The translations under genes were made by a program, and so were the position numbers. The notes under the pieces were generated by a model that was given only the letters and a program-made list of their open reading frames with translations, searched no databases and had not been told where the DNA came from. A DNA stretch of 63,216 nt, filler included, from Octopus bimaculoides (Eukaryota), in the NCBI RefSeq assembly GCF_001194135.2. It is 4 parts of 4 records of this genome, joined end to end, with 100 filler letters (N's around TTAATTAATTAA, not from the genome) between each part and the next. Parts side by side here need not be neighbours in the genome. Positions count along the whole stretch, not along the records: positions 40,193 to 60,919 come from NC_068985.1; positions 61,020 to 63,216 come from NC_068993.1; 2 more parts are not named here. One strand, given 5' to 3'. Positions 51,970-63,216 of this stretch are shown one piece after another (positions within the stretch are counted from its first letter, which is position 1; every line of letters starts with the position of its first letter).

Positions 51970-52281
51970 ATTATTATTATTATTATTCAGTAGTTTTATT
52001 TTTATAACGTGCTTTCACTTCACTACCGAGCGCAGCTCTGTGCGCCTTGGGTATGTGCTGTGGTTTGCTGTGGTGCTCTTATGTTTACTGTATTGAAAGT
52101 GTTTTGCGTAGAATGTGTGCAGTACCCAGTAGTGCAATTTTTTGTATGTTATATATATTTGTAAGTCCTGCTATTTTTGTTATGTATTTGTCTGAATATT
52201 TTTTTATTATACCTAAGGCACCTACTATGATAGGAATTGTTTCTGTTTTTAGATTCCACATTCGAGTTATCTCTATTTCCA

Positions 52282-52285
<4 letters not shown>
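51970..52285 (-). mobile_element. R4/Dong-like LINE, short 3' fragment with (AAT)n on both sides
   Basis: MEIEITRMWNLKTETIPIIVGALGIIKKYSDKYITKIAGLTNIYNIQKIALLGTAHILRKTLSIQ* plus 3' UTR; same subfamily as 22115-22395. Confidence 0.92.
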
Positions 52286-52325
<40 letters not shown>

Positions 52326-52329
52326 GTTA

Positions 52330-53250
52330 TTCCTTCGTAACACAATGTAGGTAAAAATGCACCGGTGTCGTTAGTCATTTGTCAAATCATAAGAATCTCA
52401 GACAGATAATATTTTCCTTAAGATGTGCGCTGTACTCAATAAGGTTACTTTTTGCAAGACATCAATCTTGCATGAGATTTCCGATTGCCGTAAGAAGTTT
52501 TGAATTTTCAATGGCACTGAGACCAACGCTCTGATCACCACTGGTATCAATTTTACATCACCCCCTCGCAATTCATACAGTCTTGCCATTTCCACTTTCA
52601 ATTCAGAGTACTCGTTGATTTTTTGCAACCTCTTTGCTCACAACATTCCTGTCATTTGGCATGGCTACATCAATGATCTGACAGTATCTGTCTCTCTTAT
52701 TCTATATGACAATATCTGGCCGACGGTTTTCAATTACATGAGCCGTCTGAAAATCATAGTCACAGAGTATCATTACTTTTCCATCTTTCTGCATAACTTC
52801 ATTTGGTACATGCTCATACCAGTTCTCTGTTACTTCATATTGGTATTTACGGCATAAGAGCCAATGACGATATCCACACACTGTTTATATTTCCCTCCGG
52901 TTGTTTGGTCTGGGTATCGTTTATGAAATCAGTGGCTAATATTTGGCTCTCCTTCCAGATACAATGAAGCTTTTTACGTTTCTCGTGATACTCAACGAGA
53001 TTTAGCATCCAGTCGTTAGTTGTTTCAAAAGAATTGGCCAAACCACTTGTAGGGTTTTGTAAGAAAGTTGAAACTGAATGAAGCCTCGACCTCCTTGGAC
53101 TCTGCGAAAGTAAAGACGGTCTATGTGCACCTTTGGGTGCTGCATCTTTTTACAAGTCAGCAGATTATGAATTTTGTTTATCAATTTGCTTCATTTCACT
53201 GATATTGCAGTTCAACACACTGGAATTATTAAGAAATTTATGGCTAACAC
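52330..53250 (-). mobile_element. R4/Dong-like LINE fragment, third subfamily, internally deleted
   Basis: HPKVHIDRLYFRRVQGGRGFIQ...; KINEYSELKVEMARL...IPVVIRAL...LQKVTLLSTAHILRKILSV*. Confidence 0.88.
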
Positions 53251-56217
53251 ATTATGTGCATTTAGCTGAGATTTCAAAACTAGTACCCTATGACATTCCT
53301 GACTGATCTTCTATTTCATGATTGAATGCTGGATGTAATTTATTCCTAGGTATTTATGCGTTTGTTCCTGCTCAAATACATTTATGACAGTTTCAACATC
53401 TAACTCGACCGAATTTGTGTTTATCAAGTCCTATTCCTTGAAAGAGGCCTTGACACACTTATCAGTTCCAATTGAAACCAAACGTTTGGTTTATTCAGTA
53501 GAAGGATACATATGTGGTTTGCGGAAGCTGACATTTACTTTATATCAGAATAAAACTTTGATATTGAAAAAACCCAGTCGCTGTATACTGTAATCGCTCT
53601 TTTTGGATTGTGATAATTACAGCTCTTTATTTTCTGTGGGAGAACTTGTTTCCTTTCTCTATCCTTGATTAATGGTCAGATTGACTTTTTTCACACTAAT
53701 GTGTTTTATTTTATAAACAAAGGTCATCGCAAATAATTCCTATAGCACCATATTTTCTTGTTACATTGGTATCTTCACTTTCCATTCTCAAAGAGAATAT
53801 TTATTCATTTATCTGTTGCATATAAGTTAGAAAGTCTCATATGGTTCAGGTCCAATTCACTCTTCTGTTAAATCGTACATAAACCAGCTTCCTTGCAATC
53901 CTTCTTAAGAAATAGAAAATAATCATAGTTCTATGGCAAAGAAATAAGACATTTCGGGGAGTCAATACATGGATGAGATAATTAAGATGTGAAATTGTCT
54001 GAATTTCCACTAAAACAGATCATTTAGAAATAGTTTAGTTGATGAAAGCTTATCTGATGCTGATAAGATTTATCAAGCTATGGACAAGGATATTGATCGG
54101 TAAGTCATGTTTTTTGACCAGGAAATACGAAAGATAATTAGGAGGGCTCGTTAAAAATACAGATAAGCAAAATAGTGTCATCAGAGAATCCATCTTGTAA
54201 TTACGCGAATTCCACCTCTGAAAACCGAAGTAATTAATAGAGGTAAAACAAAAGATTTATTCGATTAGATCACGCAGATATACACAAATGAAAAAAAAAT
54301 AATAACCAGAGATGAAAGGCCCAATTAATAAGACAAAACATTTTAAGCAATAAAAAGTAAAGCAAATTTGAGGAAACATAAAGACTAGAAAATAATCCCA
54401 GAAAATAAACGAGAAAATAAAAGAGATTAAACTTTATTACGTACGGGAATATCTTCCATTACACACCGAATAGGCTAATGTCCAGTGATGTCAAATCTAC
54501 AACAGAAAGCAAAGAAAAAAAATATATATATATATATAGATACCTTATGATCACGATACGACAGCCATTATTTAATGCAATCCCAAACTTCTTAACCCCC
54601 GCCCGTCACGCTTTCAATTCTTGCCTCATTTAAAATAGCCATTTATGCATCATACTGAATGTATACACGCTGTCAATAGGTTACTTACTGCAGATAGCGT
54701 TTCTTAAATAGCGCATCCTCTATGGCGTACATTGGGTTATGTGATTTGTAATATGTATGTTAACTGATTTATGAGCCTCTTATCTAATACATATAAGATC
54801 TTATCCTACATTTGATTTATGCTATACTAATGAACCTCTATATATGCAATCACATATATAAAATATGATATGGTTTCTAATATACATATGTATGTTAAAT
54901 CATATATTTACTTTCAAATAATATAAAAATACTGTAACATCTTAATTGACATTTGCTCCATGTGTAGTCGTCTTTTATAACTTCTAGATATGCACTCATA
55001 TTCCTCTGTATATGCACCCACATTCCACCCATCTATCAATCTATCAAATACTATTAACCAAATACATACAGCACTAAAGAAACGTATAGGCATTTTAATC
55101 TAAACTAGATCACCTTTGCACAGCGTTTGAGAAAAGCAAGTTCAGATATTCGCCCGAGGCTATTTCAAAAATAAAACGTCATACAGCACAAGCATTACTC
55201 CTCCCCTTCATCCTCCAACATGAAAACCGATCCCCAACGAGGGAGAAAAATACGATCTGCTTGCATCTACCGTTCATGAAATATATCATAACTTGTATAA
55301 GTGAAACGATTCCTTTCGTTAATCATAAAACACAACCACTAAGGCAATATGCTATACAAACTACACAACGGAAGGATCTAAAAGTCAATAAATCTACAAT
55401 TAATCAACAAACCCTTGTATAATCAAAATAATTTAGCTGTTAAACAATAAAATCCTTCAACAAAATACATATGAAATAAACCAAAAAGGTGATAAATGAA
55501 AAAGCGGAAGCATTGCGTCGGATGCCTTGAATTATCAGTCCATTTGTAAGTGCATCGCTTACAATGTTACTAAAAAGCAATTTGTCGGCTCATTCGGTTG
55601 GTAAATAAACTGCATTACTTGCTAAGTACAACTTGAAAAACAAAGATATTGAAAATCACATGGTGTATCTTGTATAGATCCACGTCATTTACTTGCGATT
55701 CACGATTATGCAATTTATGTTTAATTGGAAATATTATACAAACAACTCCAGAACGATAAAAATATTAACTGAACTTTTCTCGAAATATATTCATAGAATC
55801 AAAATACATTTTACTACTTTTCAGAATAAGAAGCAAAGTACACGTGGCATCATAAACCAATAACATTTTATTCTGGGATTATCAAATAGAAAAACTGAGA
55901 GATTTGGTGGGGAAAACACTTCTTCAGACGGATATGTTACAATACAGAGTCTTGATCCGGAGACTTGGTGGTTTAAAGTTGATTTCCCTTCTATAATGCA
56001 GTTTTCAAGATTAGAGTAAAGATACGAGGTTGCGAAAACTTCATCTACCGTCGCACACACACATACGCACATATATACACACATATACCAAATTAAGCAC
56101 ATAAACGTGCTCGAATACCGGAGGTGGAGTAATATCCTTTATTATTATTAAAGCTGCAAAAACATTGCAAATATATCACGATTGATCTATGTGTGTGTGT
56201 ATGTGTGTGTGTGTATG

Positions 56218-56248
<31 letters not shown>

Positions 56249-56275
56249 GTGTGTGTGTGTTTGTGTTTGTGTGTA

Positions 56276-57141
56276 CAGGGTGCGGTGAATAAAATGTCGC
56301 CTACACTACGCAAAAATAAAAATAACACTGACATTGCATTTTAACAGATATTTTTACCAGAATTACATAAAATTACCTTTAAATACTGAAATTTATTCAA
56401 TAAAATATATTTAATAAAATCGCCATTCTCTTCAATCACGGTTTCCAGACACCTTTAGAATCTTCTGCAACTCTTCTGGACAGTCTCTTTGTTCAAGTTG
56501 ATGAATGCTGCTATAATACTTGCTTTCAGTTCATTTTTGGTGTTACAAGGAGTTTTGTTGGTCTCTCGCTGAACTGTGCCCCACACATAATAATCAAGGG
56601 AGTTGCAGACTGGGGAGTTTGGTACCGAAATGTTAGAGGTGATGTGGTCTCAGAAATTGTCTGACAGCCATGGCTGGGTTCTCTTGCTTGTATAGCATGA
56701 TTCAGAGTCCTGTTGCCAGACATACGGTCTTCCAGCAGCCACCCTCTTGACCCAGGGCAGCACTACCTCCTGCAGTCACTTGATGCAGGCCTCTGTGTTG
56801 AGAGTGAGGGCGTATGGGAAGGTGAATGGTGGCATAACGTCGCCATCGTTAATGATCAATCCAAACACCATGATGTTGAATGGACGTTCGATTTTTATTA
56901 CTCTCAGTACATGTTAGTATTTTTATATGTTCGTATTGGAGCTTCCGGCGCGAATGCCAAGCAGTGGAGCATGTCGTTTCCAAAATTCTTGCAAATTGAA
57001 CTGCGTCATGGTGCTGATCTTCTCACAGAGGGTGCCCGACTGGCACTACTATAGCGTGTAGTCGACAAAGTCAAAAACAAGCAATGCGCATGCGTGAAAA
57101 TTAAAAATATATGATTTCGAAAATGTACCTATCGCACCCTC
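56276..57141 (-). mobile_element. Tc1/mariner superfamily (maT/DD37D-like) transposon, internally deleted
   Basis: Imperfect TIRs (TA)CAGGGTGCG... and ...CGCACCCTC(TA). Minus strand reads NIMVFGLI.NDGDVMPPF.FP..L.LNTE..IK*L..VVLPWVKRVAAGRPYVWQQDS..C.TS.RTQ.WL...PNSP.CN.LDYYVWG. Confidence 0.9.
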
Positions 57142-57151
57142 TATATATATG

Positions 57152-57182
<31 letters not shown>

Positions 57183-57449
57183 GTGTGCGTGTGTGTGTGT
57201 GTGTGTGGAAGAGCCATTTTAACGATGCGTCCTGCCCTAACTCTTCGAAACGCCTGTGTTAGAATGGTGGCAGCTGATGAAGGAAAATGTACTCCACGTG
57301 GCCTGTGTGTTTTCTGTACTCTGGTTATTATTATTTTTTTGTCTACGTTTTGTTTGCAACGTCCTCTACCTAGATATGCCCCTATATATACAGATAGACG
57401 CAGGTATGCACATACTTGTACGTATATGTGCATATACTCATTTATTTTT

Positions 57450-57486
<37 letters not shown>

Positions 57487-57810
57487 CAGAATTTAGGTTA
57501 ATTGAAATATGTTTGTCACATATTTCAATTCTTAAAAGGCAAATACACTGCAGTTACCATAGAGAAAAATCTCTCTTATGGCAAAAAGGTGTGAAAACAA
57601 CCAGTCTGTTCAAAGACAGTGGGTAGGGATAGGAGAAACACCTGCAGTCCAAGCTAAATAAGGTTTTAACCCATGAAGGTGTCGTTACTTGTTTGGTGGG
57701 AGACGAAAGATTTAGTCCACTTTCAATTTTTAAACCCAAACCAAACGGTAATCAAAAGGAAATCTACTGCAAGCAGCATTTGTGTTTGTATGTGCTTGTG
57801 TGTATGTGTA

Positions 57811-57843
<33 letters not shown>

Positions 57844-58230
57844 GTATGTGCGTGTGTGTGCTACAGCGTATATTTATGACCATGCATGTATATTAATATA
57901 TATGAATATCTGAATATCTTTTATATATGCATGTGGGTGTCTGTGTGTATATACGTATGTACACATAAATGAGTGTATAGCTATATCTCATACATGCACG
58001 TATACAAACTAGTTTGAGGGTGTGTGAGCTTCTGTACAGTGCATAGTCATGTATTGAAGCATAATAAACTAATAAATATGTGTATAAATATGAGTGGGTT
58101 CTGAGATCGACGAGAGACGTTCAAATCTAAACGAATTGTCTGACTATGATTATTATACGACCATGCCTGTTCTCTATTCACCACTCAGAAGTTATTATTA
58201 TTATTATTATTGTTGTTGTTGTTGTTGTTG

Positions 58231-58268
<38 letters not shown>

Positions 58269-58643
58269 TGCTTTATGTTTACTAAAATCGAGTAAAATAG
58301 TCGAGAAGCGAAATTGTATGTTACAAATTGCCTGCAATAAATCTTGTAAAACAATCTAGAAGTAGACGAGAATAAAATTAGGAAAATAAGAAGTCGGTTG
58401 CAAATAAATTAATATTTTATGAAAATATGCTGCAGAGTACATACAAGCATGTGTGAAATTTTTCAATAAAGTTACACAGTCACATTTCTTATTTAGCGAA
58501 GTTAGTATTCATTCAAGATTAAGTCTGCTTTCCACCAGGTGGAGGTGATTTCCTTTGATAATTTTTTTTAGTTCTCCGTCAATTTGCTGTGTTGAAATTT
58601 AGCGGAAATTTAAGACTTTTTTTATTGCATATTCATAACTATT

Positions 58644-58970
58644 GTGGAGGCGCAGAGGCCCAGTGGTTAGGGCAGCGGACTCACAGTCGGAGGATCGTGA
58701 TTTCGATTCGAAGACCGGGCGTTGTGTGTGTTTATTGAGCGAAAGCACTTAACGCTCCACGAGGCTCCAGCAGGGGAAGGTGGCGACCCCTGTTGTACTC
58801 TTCCACCCCAACTTTCTCTCACTCTTTCTTCCTATTTCTTGAGTAAAGCTGCGTTGGACTGGCGTCCCGTCCAGCTGGTGGGGGAGGCAACACATACGCC
58901 ATAGAACCCTGGAAACCGGACCCATGAGCCTGGCTAGGCTTTAAAAGGGCGCATAAATAAATAAATAAAT
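58644..58970 (+). mobile_element. SINE family D head with alternative tail 3 (GGACTGGCGTCCCGTCCAG ... (TAAA)n)
   Basis: Head matches the 35456 copy to ~58839, then a different tail ending in (TAAA)n. Confidence 0.85.
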
Positions 58971-59577
58971 ATAATAAATTCAGAACTATTCAGTGAGATA
59001 ACTCAATTCGCAATTTTTTTTGTTTTCGGTATGTTAGATAATCTAATGTAACCTTGTGATATTTCGAAGTTCATTAATTCGTTACGAATCGGTTTTGTCT
59101 CATTGTATATGTGGCTAAATTGTCCATGTAATCCTATAATCTGGCTTTTTGACAGGCTATACTTTTTTCTTACATATTTTATTTGAACAATTTCTAGCAT
59201 TATTTATTTAATGCTTACTCCAATATTTGTCAAAAAATGATCTAGTCTAATATATAGACAGTAAATTGTAATCAATAATGCTCAATAATACTCTGCTATA
59301 CATTGAAACTCGACAATAGTAAATAATACTTATTAACTGTCATGTATCGACATTCAATAGTACTCTGTAATAGTCAGTAGTAACTGTTACGTATAGACTT
59401 TCAACGATAACCAAAAATACGAGTCGACATATATTCATTCCATTTGATAACCGATTTCGTCATTTGTGACCTGTTAAATTAGCAACGCTAAATCGTCCGG
59501 TACATATATAAATATAATTTTGATTTAACATAATGAGAAGTTTAGACATCAGAATGTATCATGAAAATGAACATGTG

Positions 59578-59616
<39 letters not shown>

Positions 59617-60174
59617 NNNNNNNNNNNNNNNNNNNNNNNNNNNNNNNNNNNNNNNNNNNNNNNNNNNNNNNNNNNNNNNNNNNNNNNNNNNNNNNNNNNN
59701 NNNNNNNNNNNNNNNNNNNNNNNNNNNNNNNNNNNNNNNNNNNNNNNNNNNNNNNNNNNNNNNNNNNNNNNNNNNNNNNNNNNNNNNNNNNNNNNNNNNN
59801 NNNNNNNNNNNNNNNNNNNNNNNNNNNNNNNNNNNNNNNNNNNNNNNNNNNNNNNNNNNNNNNNNNNNNNNNNNNNNNNNNNNNNNNNNNNNNNNNNNNN
59901 NNNNNNNNNNNNNNNNNNNNNNNNNNNNNNNNNNNNNNNNNNNNNNNNNNNNNNNNNNNNNNNNNNNNNNNNNNNNNNNNNNNNNNNNNNNNNNNNNNNN
60001 NNNNNNNNNNNNNNNNNNNNNNNNNNNNNNNNNNNNNNNNNNNNNNNNNNNNNNNNNNNNNNNNNNNNNNNNNNNNNNNNNNNNNNNNNNNNNNNNNNNN
60101 NNNNNNNNNNNNNNNNNNNNNNNNNNNNNNNNNNNNNNNNNATATATATATATATACATACATACATATATATT

Positions 60175-60525
60175 GGGGTAAAGGATAATGACCCCCTTTA
60201 GTCATGAAAGATCATGGGATTGCAACTAGAATGTTCCCATCGAAGACATAAGTCCGGCAAAGATTGTATATGGAAGACTAGCATGCCAATGCATACCAAC
60301 CTTCTCGCTATAAGCCGTCCATGTTATCCAAGGAAAAGGCAAGAAGGCGGGACACCTCGGCACCAGTGACGTCGCATCTAATTTCTACAGCTGAGTGAAC
60401 TGCAGCAATGAGAAATGAAGTGTCTTACTCCAGAACAAAACACAAATCCCGATCCGGGAATCGAACTCACTGTTTCATGACTGTGAGCCTGACGCTCTAA
60501 CCACTGAAACATGAACCTTCACACA
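60175..60525 (-). mobile_element. tRNA-derived SINE family C
   Basis: Minus head TTCAGTGGTTAGAGCGTCAGGCTCACAGTCATGA..GTGAGTTCGATTCCCGG with A/B boxes, then AGTAAGACACTTCATTTC..CAGTTCACTCAGCTGTAGAAAT. Confidence 0.8.
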
Positions 60526-61027
60526 CACATACATAAGGCACATTATAAATAATCCACTTTACACTTCTTTCTTCATTGCAGAAAATTTTACTTACAGCTG
60601 TTTCTAGTAATAAATATATATATATTCTAATATTGAGTATTCTGATTTCTTAATAAGTATATGTGTGCATTAGTGCGCGGGTGTGTCGTGGAATGTGAAT
60701 TACTAAATTTGATGGAAGCTGTAATAGGTAGAAAGAACTTCCAAAACATGATACATACATATATTTATGTATATATGTATGTTGTGCTTGTGCATATATA
60801 TATATACAAATATATACGTGTGTGTGTCTGTGTGTATGAATATACTATATATATATATATACATACATACATATATATATATACACACACATTGATACGC
60901 CTACATATGGGAATATACGNNNNNNNNNNNNNNNNNNNNNNNNNNNNNNNNNNNNNNNNNNNNTTAATTAATTAANNNNNNNNNNNNNNNNNNNNNNNNN
61001 NNNNNNNNNNNNNNNNNNNCCTCTTAT

Positions 61028-61067
<40 letters not shown>

Positions 61068-61069
61068 TA

Positions 61070-61306
61070 TATTATTATACGATTGAACACCACGCATCCA
61101 TTTCCAAGTAAGTATATCTTAATAATTTTGATTCGACTCTACCCTGTACTGTTCTCTCCCTCCCCATTTCGGTTTCTCTCTTCCTTTCTCTAATTCTTTT
61201 TTCTCCCCTTTTCCCCCTTTCGTTTTTTTTTCTCTCTCATCCTTTCTTTAATCCTTTTCTCCCCTTCACCGTTTCTATCTGTCTATCTCTCTCTCGCTTC
61301 CCCCTT

Positions 61307-61340
<34 letters not shown>

Positions 61341-61993
61341 GCTCACACGTGACCACCGTCCATCTTTCTTTTCCACGCATGATCATCTTTCTTTTCCTTC
61401 AGTCTGTCGCTACAGACCAGACGCATTCCTATCTGTCTCCTCTCCTATCTTTTCTCTTATCAAAGAATATTCTTACAGCGTACGCTACCTTACGTCGTCT
61501 AGCCTAACGGCCCTCCCTGTTTGCTTTCTTTTGGCTTGGTTTGTTGTATGTCCTGACCCTCCGCAAATCTCAAATTTTATTTTGGTTTGCGGGAGCAACT
61601 GTTTCTCCAAGATACATATCGTCGTGAATTGCTCGAAATGTGGTGTAGATAAATAGCCGACAATTAATGAAGGGTCATTCTTTATGATACTTGTCTTGTT
61701 TTCCATTTTTTTCTCTCGTTGTTCGCATNNNNNNNNNNNNNNNNNNNNNNNNNNNNNNNNNNNNNNNNNNNNNNNNNNNNNNNNNNNNNNNNNNNNNNNN
61801 NNNNNNNNNNNNNNNNNNNNNNNNNNNNNNNNNNNNNNNNNNNNNNNNNNNNNNNNNNNNNNNNNNNNNNNNNNNNNNNNNNNNNNNNNNNNNNNNNNNN
61901 NNNNNNNNNNNNNNNNNNNNNNNNNNNNNNNNNNNNNNNNNNNTATATTATTATACGATTGAACGTCACGCATACATTTCCAAGTAAGTTTAT

Positions 61994-61997
<4 letters not shown>
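61070..61997 (-). mobile_element. Possible Penelope-like element remnant with ~50-bp direct repeats, interrupted by a gap
   Basis: Direct repeats at 61070-61121 and 61946-61997; weak FIY-x10-YLGET motif at 61600-61655 on minus. Confidence 0.35.
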
Positions 61998-62030
<33 letters not shown>

Positions 62031-62154
62031 TTTTTTGATAACATGATAGGTTACATAGGATGATGTCTATATTACAATATTACATTAACCAATAATATGT
62101 TGTGCATGTATAGTAATATTACGATCATGAAATTAGTATTAGCTTATCTCACAC

Positions 62155-62228
62155 TTTCTCGCGGAACCCCTAGGAACCTTTTGCAGAACTTCAGGGTTCC
62201 GGGGAACCCCGGTTGAGAAACGCAGATG
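62155..62228. mobile_element. hAT/Charlie-like MITE terminal fragment
   Basis: CGCGGAACCCC...AGGGTTCCGGGGAACCCCGGTTGAGAAACGCAG resembles the GGTTGAGAAACACTG-type hAT MITE end. Confidence 0.5.
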
Positions 62229-63216
62229 TATGTAATATATGTATATATGTATGTTTGTAATGTATGTATATAATATATGTATGTAGTGTATGTAATGTAT
62301 GTATACATGCATGTACTAGTCCCAGAAATGCTAAGGTTGGTGTCCGAGGGAGCAATAAGCCCACTGGGAATGAGGGACCCCTGATCTTTGTCAAGGCATC
62401 CTTCTAGAAGAATGCTAACTCATATATATCGTATGTATGTATGTATGTATGTGCGTTTGTACGTATACATGTATTATGTTGATCAGGTGAGAGACTAATA
62501 ACCAGACATACGCTTATGGTAACGACTTGACCCAGTATAACCTGTGCTGAGCAGGACATAGGAGACTAAATTGGGAATTCCATATGTCTTACTTGGTGAA
62601 GAGTGACACACTGCGTGATATAAACAAAACCATTTAAAATGCAGATGAACTCAAGAAAGTCAACGACCATCCAAAACTATACAGTGTATATGCTTATATA
62701 GTATATGTCTATTTGCACATAAATGCATATGAGATGATGCTCTCACATGAAACATCTTATAGTCTTTGGTCATTCTACCTTTTCGAGGGCACATTTCGAA
62801 TAAACGAAATTTCATGTACAGTTGCAAGTTTTCAGTTTCAGAACTCATCACAAGGAATCACTTGAAGTGTCATTTTAGCGCAAAAGTCAGTCATTCGTGA
62901 TAAGGAGTTGAAAACCACTATGTATATATGATTTTTCTTTGAGTTTTATTTAAGTTCTTGAGAGAGTTCAAGCCGGTCGCTAATAAAGCGACAAGACTAT
63001 TTTAGTTAAGAGAGTTCCCGGTGTTTGTAAACATGTGCTTGAATTGGAATGTTGGTTGAATCGTTGATGCAGACATCCAAGTGTGTGCATCTATTCACTT
63101 AAGAATCTCAGAAGGAGAATTTTTGGAATGTCTTACTGTATGTATTTATATATGTATGCGAGTATACATATGTATGTTTATAATCATGAATATATATGCA
63201 TATATATATATATATA

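Noticed and set aside
57240-57290. CGAAAC upstream of CTGATGA (type II hammerhead order)
   Set aside because: Helix II and helix I do not pair in register, and the best cleavage triplet would be GTG.

Overview
AT-rich, gapped eukaryotic genomic DNA dominated by microsatellites and mobile elements. The repeat landscape looks like an Octopus/coleoid cephalopod draft assembly; this is an inference, not verified. I found no intact protein-coding gene. Almost all ORFs in the supplied track are translated microsatellites or N-gaps. Supportable content: (i) several tRNA-derived SINE families in many copies; (ii) decayed non-LTR retrotransposons, namely a CR1/L2-like endonuclease and a 3' end, an RTE-like RT, and several R4/Dong-like RT/restriction-like-endonuclease fragments, including a head-to-tail chain joined by (AAT)n; (iii) internally deleted Tc1/mariner elements and MITEs. 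The best hunt result is a near-complete type I hammerhead-ribozyme fold at 4867-5002, with an extended helix II and a palindromic helix III, inside an ORF-less Penelope-LTR/retrozyme-like unit. Also notable: a strongly CpG-depleted ~18 kb block bounded by scaffold-join markers and containing inverted repeat pairs (possible dsRNA/ADAR substrates), SINEs with one head and swapped tails, and a few candidate splice features. Element boundaries were read by eye and are approximate unless TSDs or TIRs are quoted.
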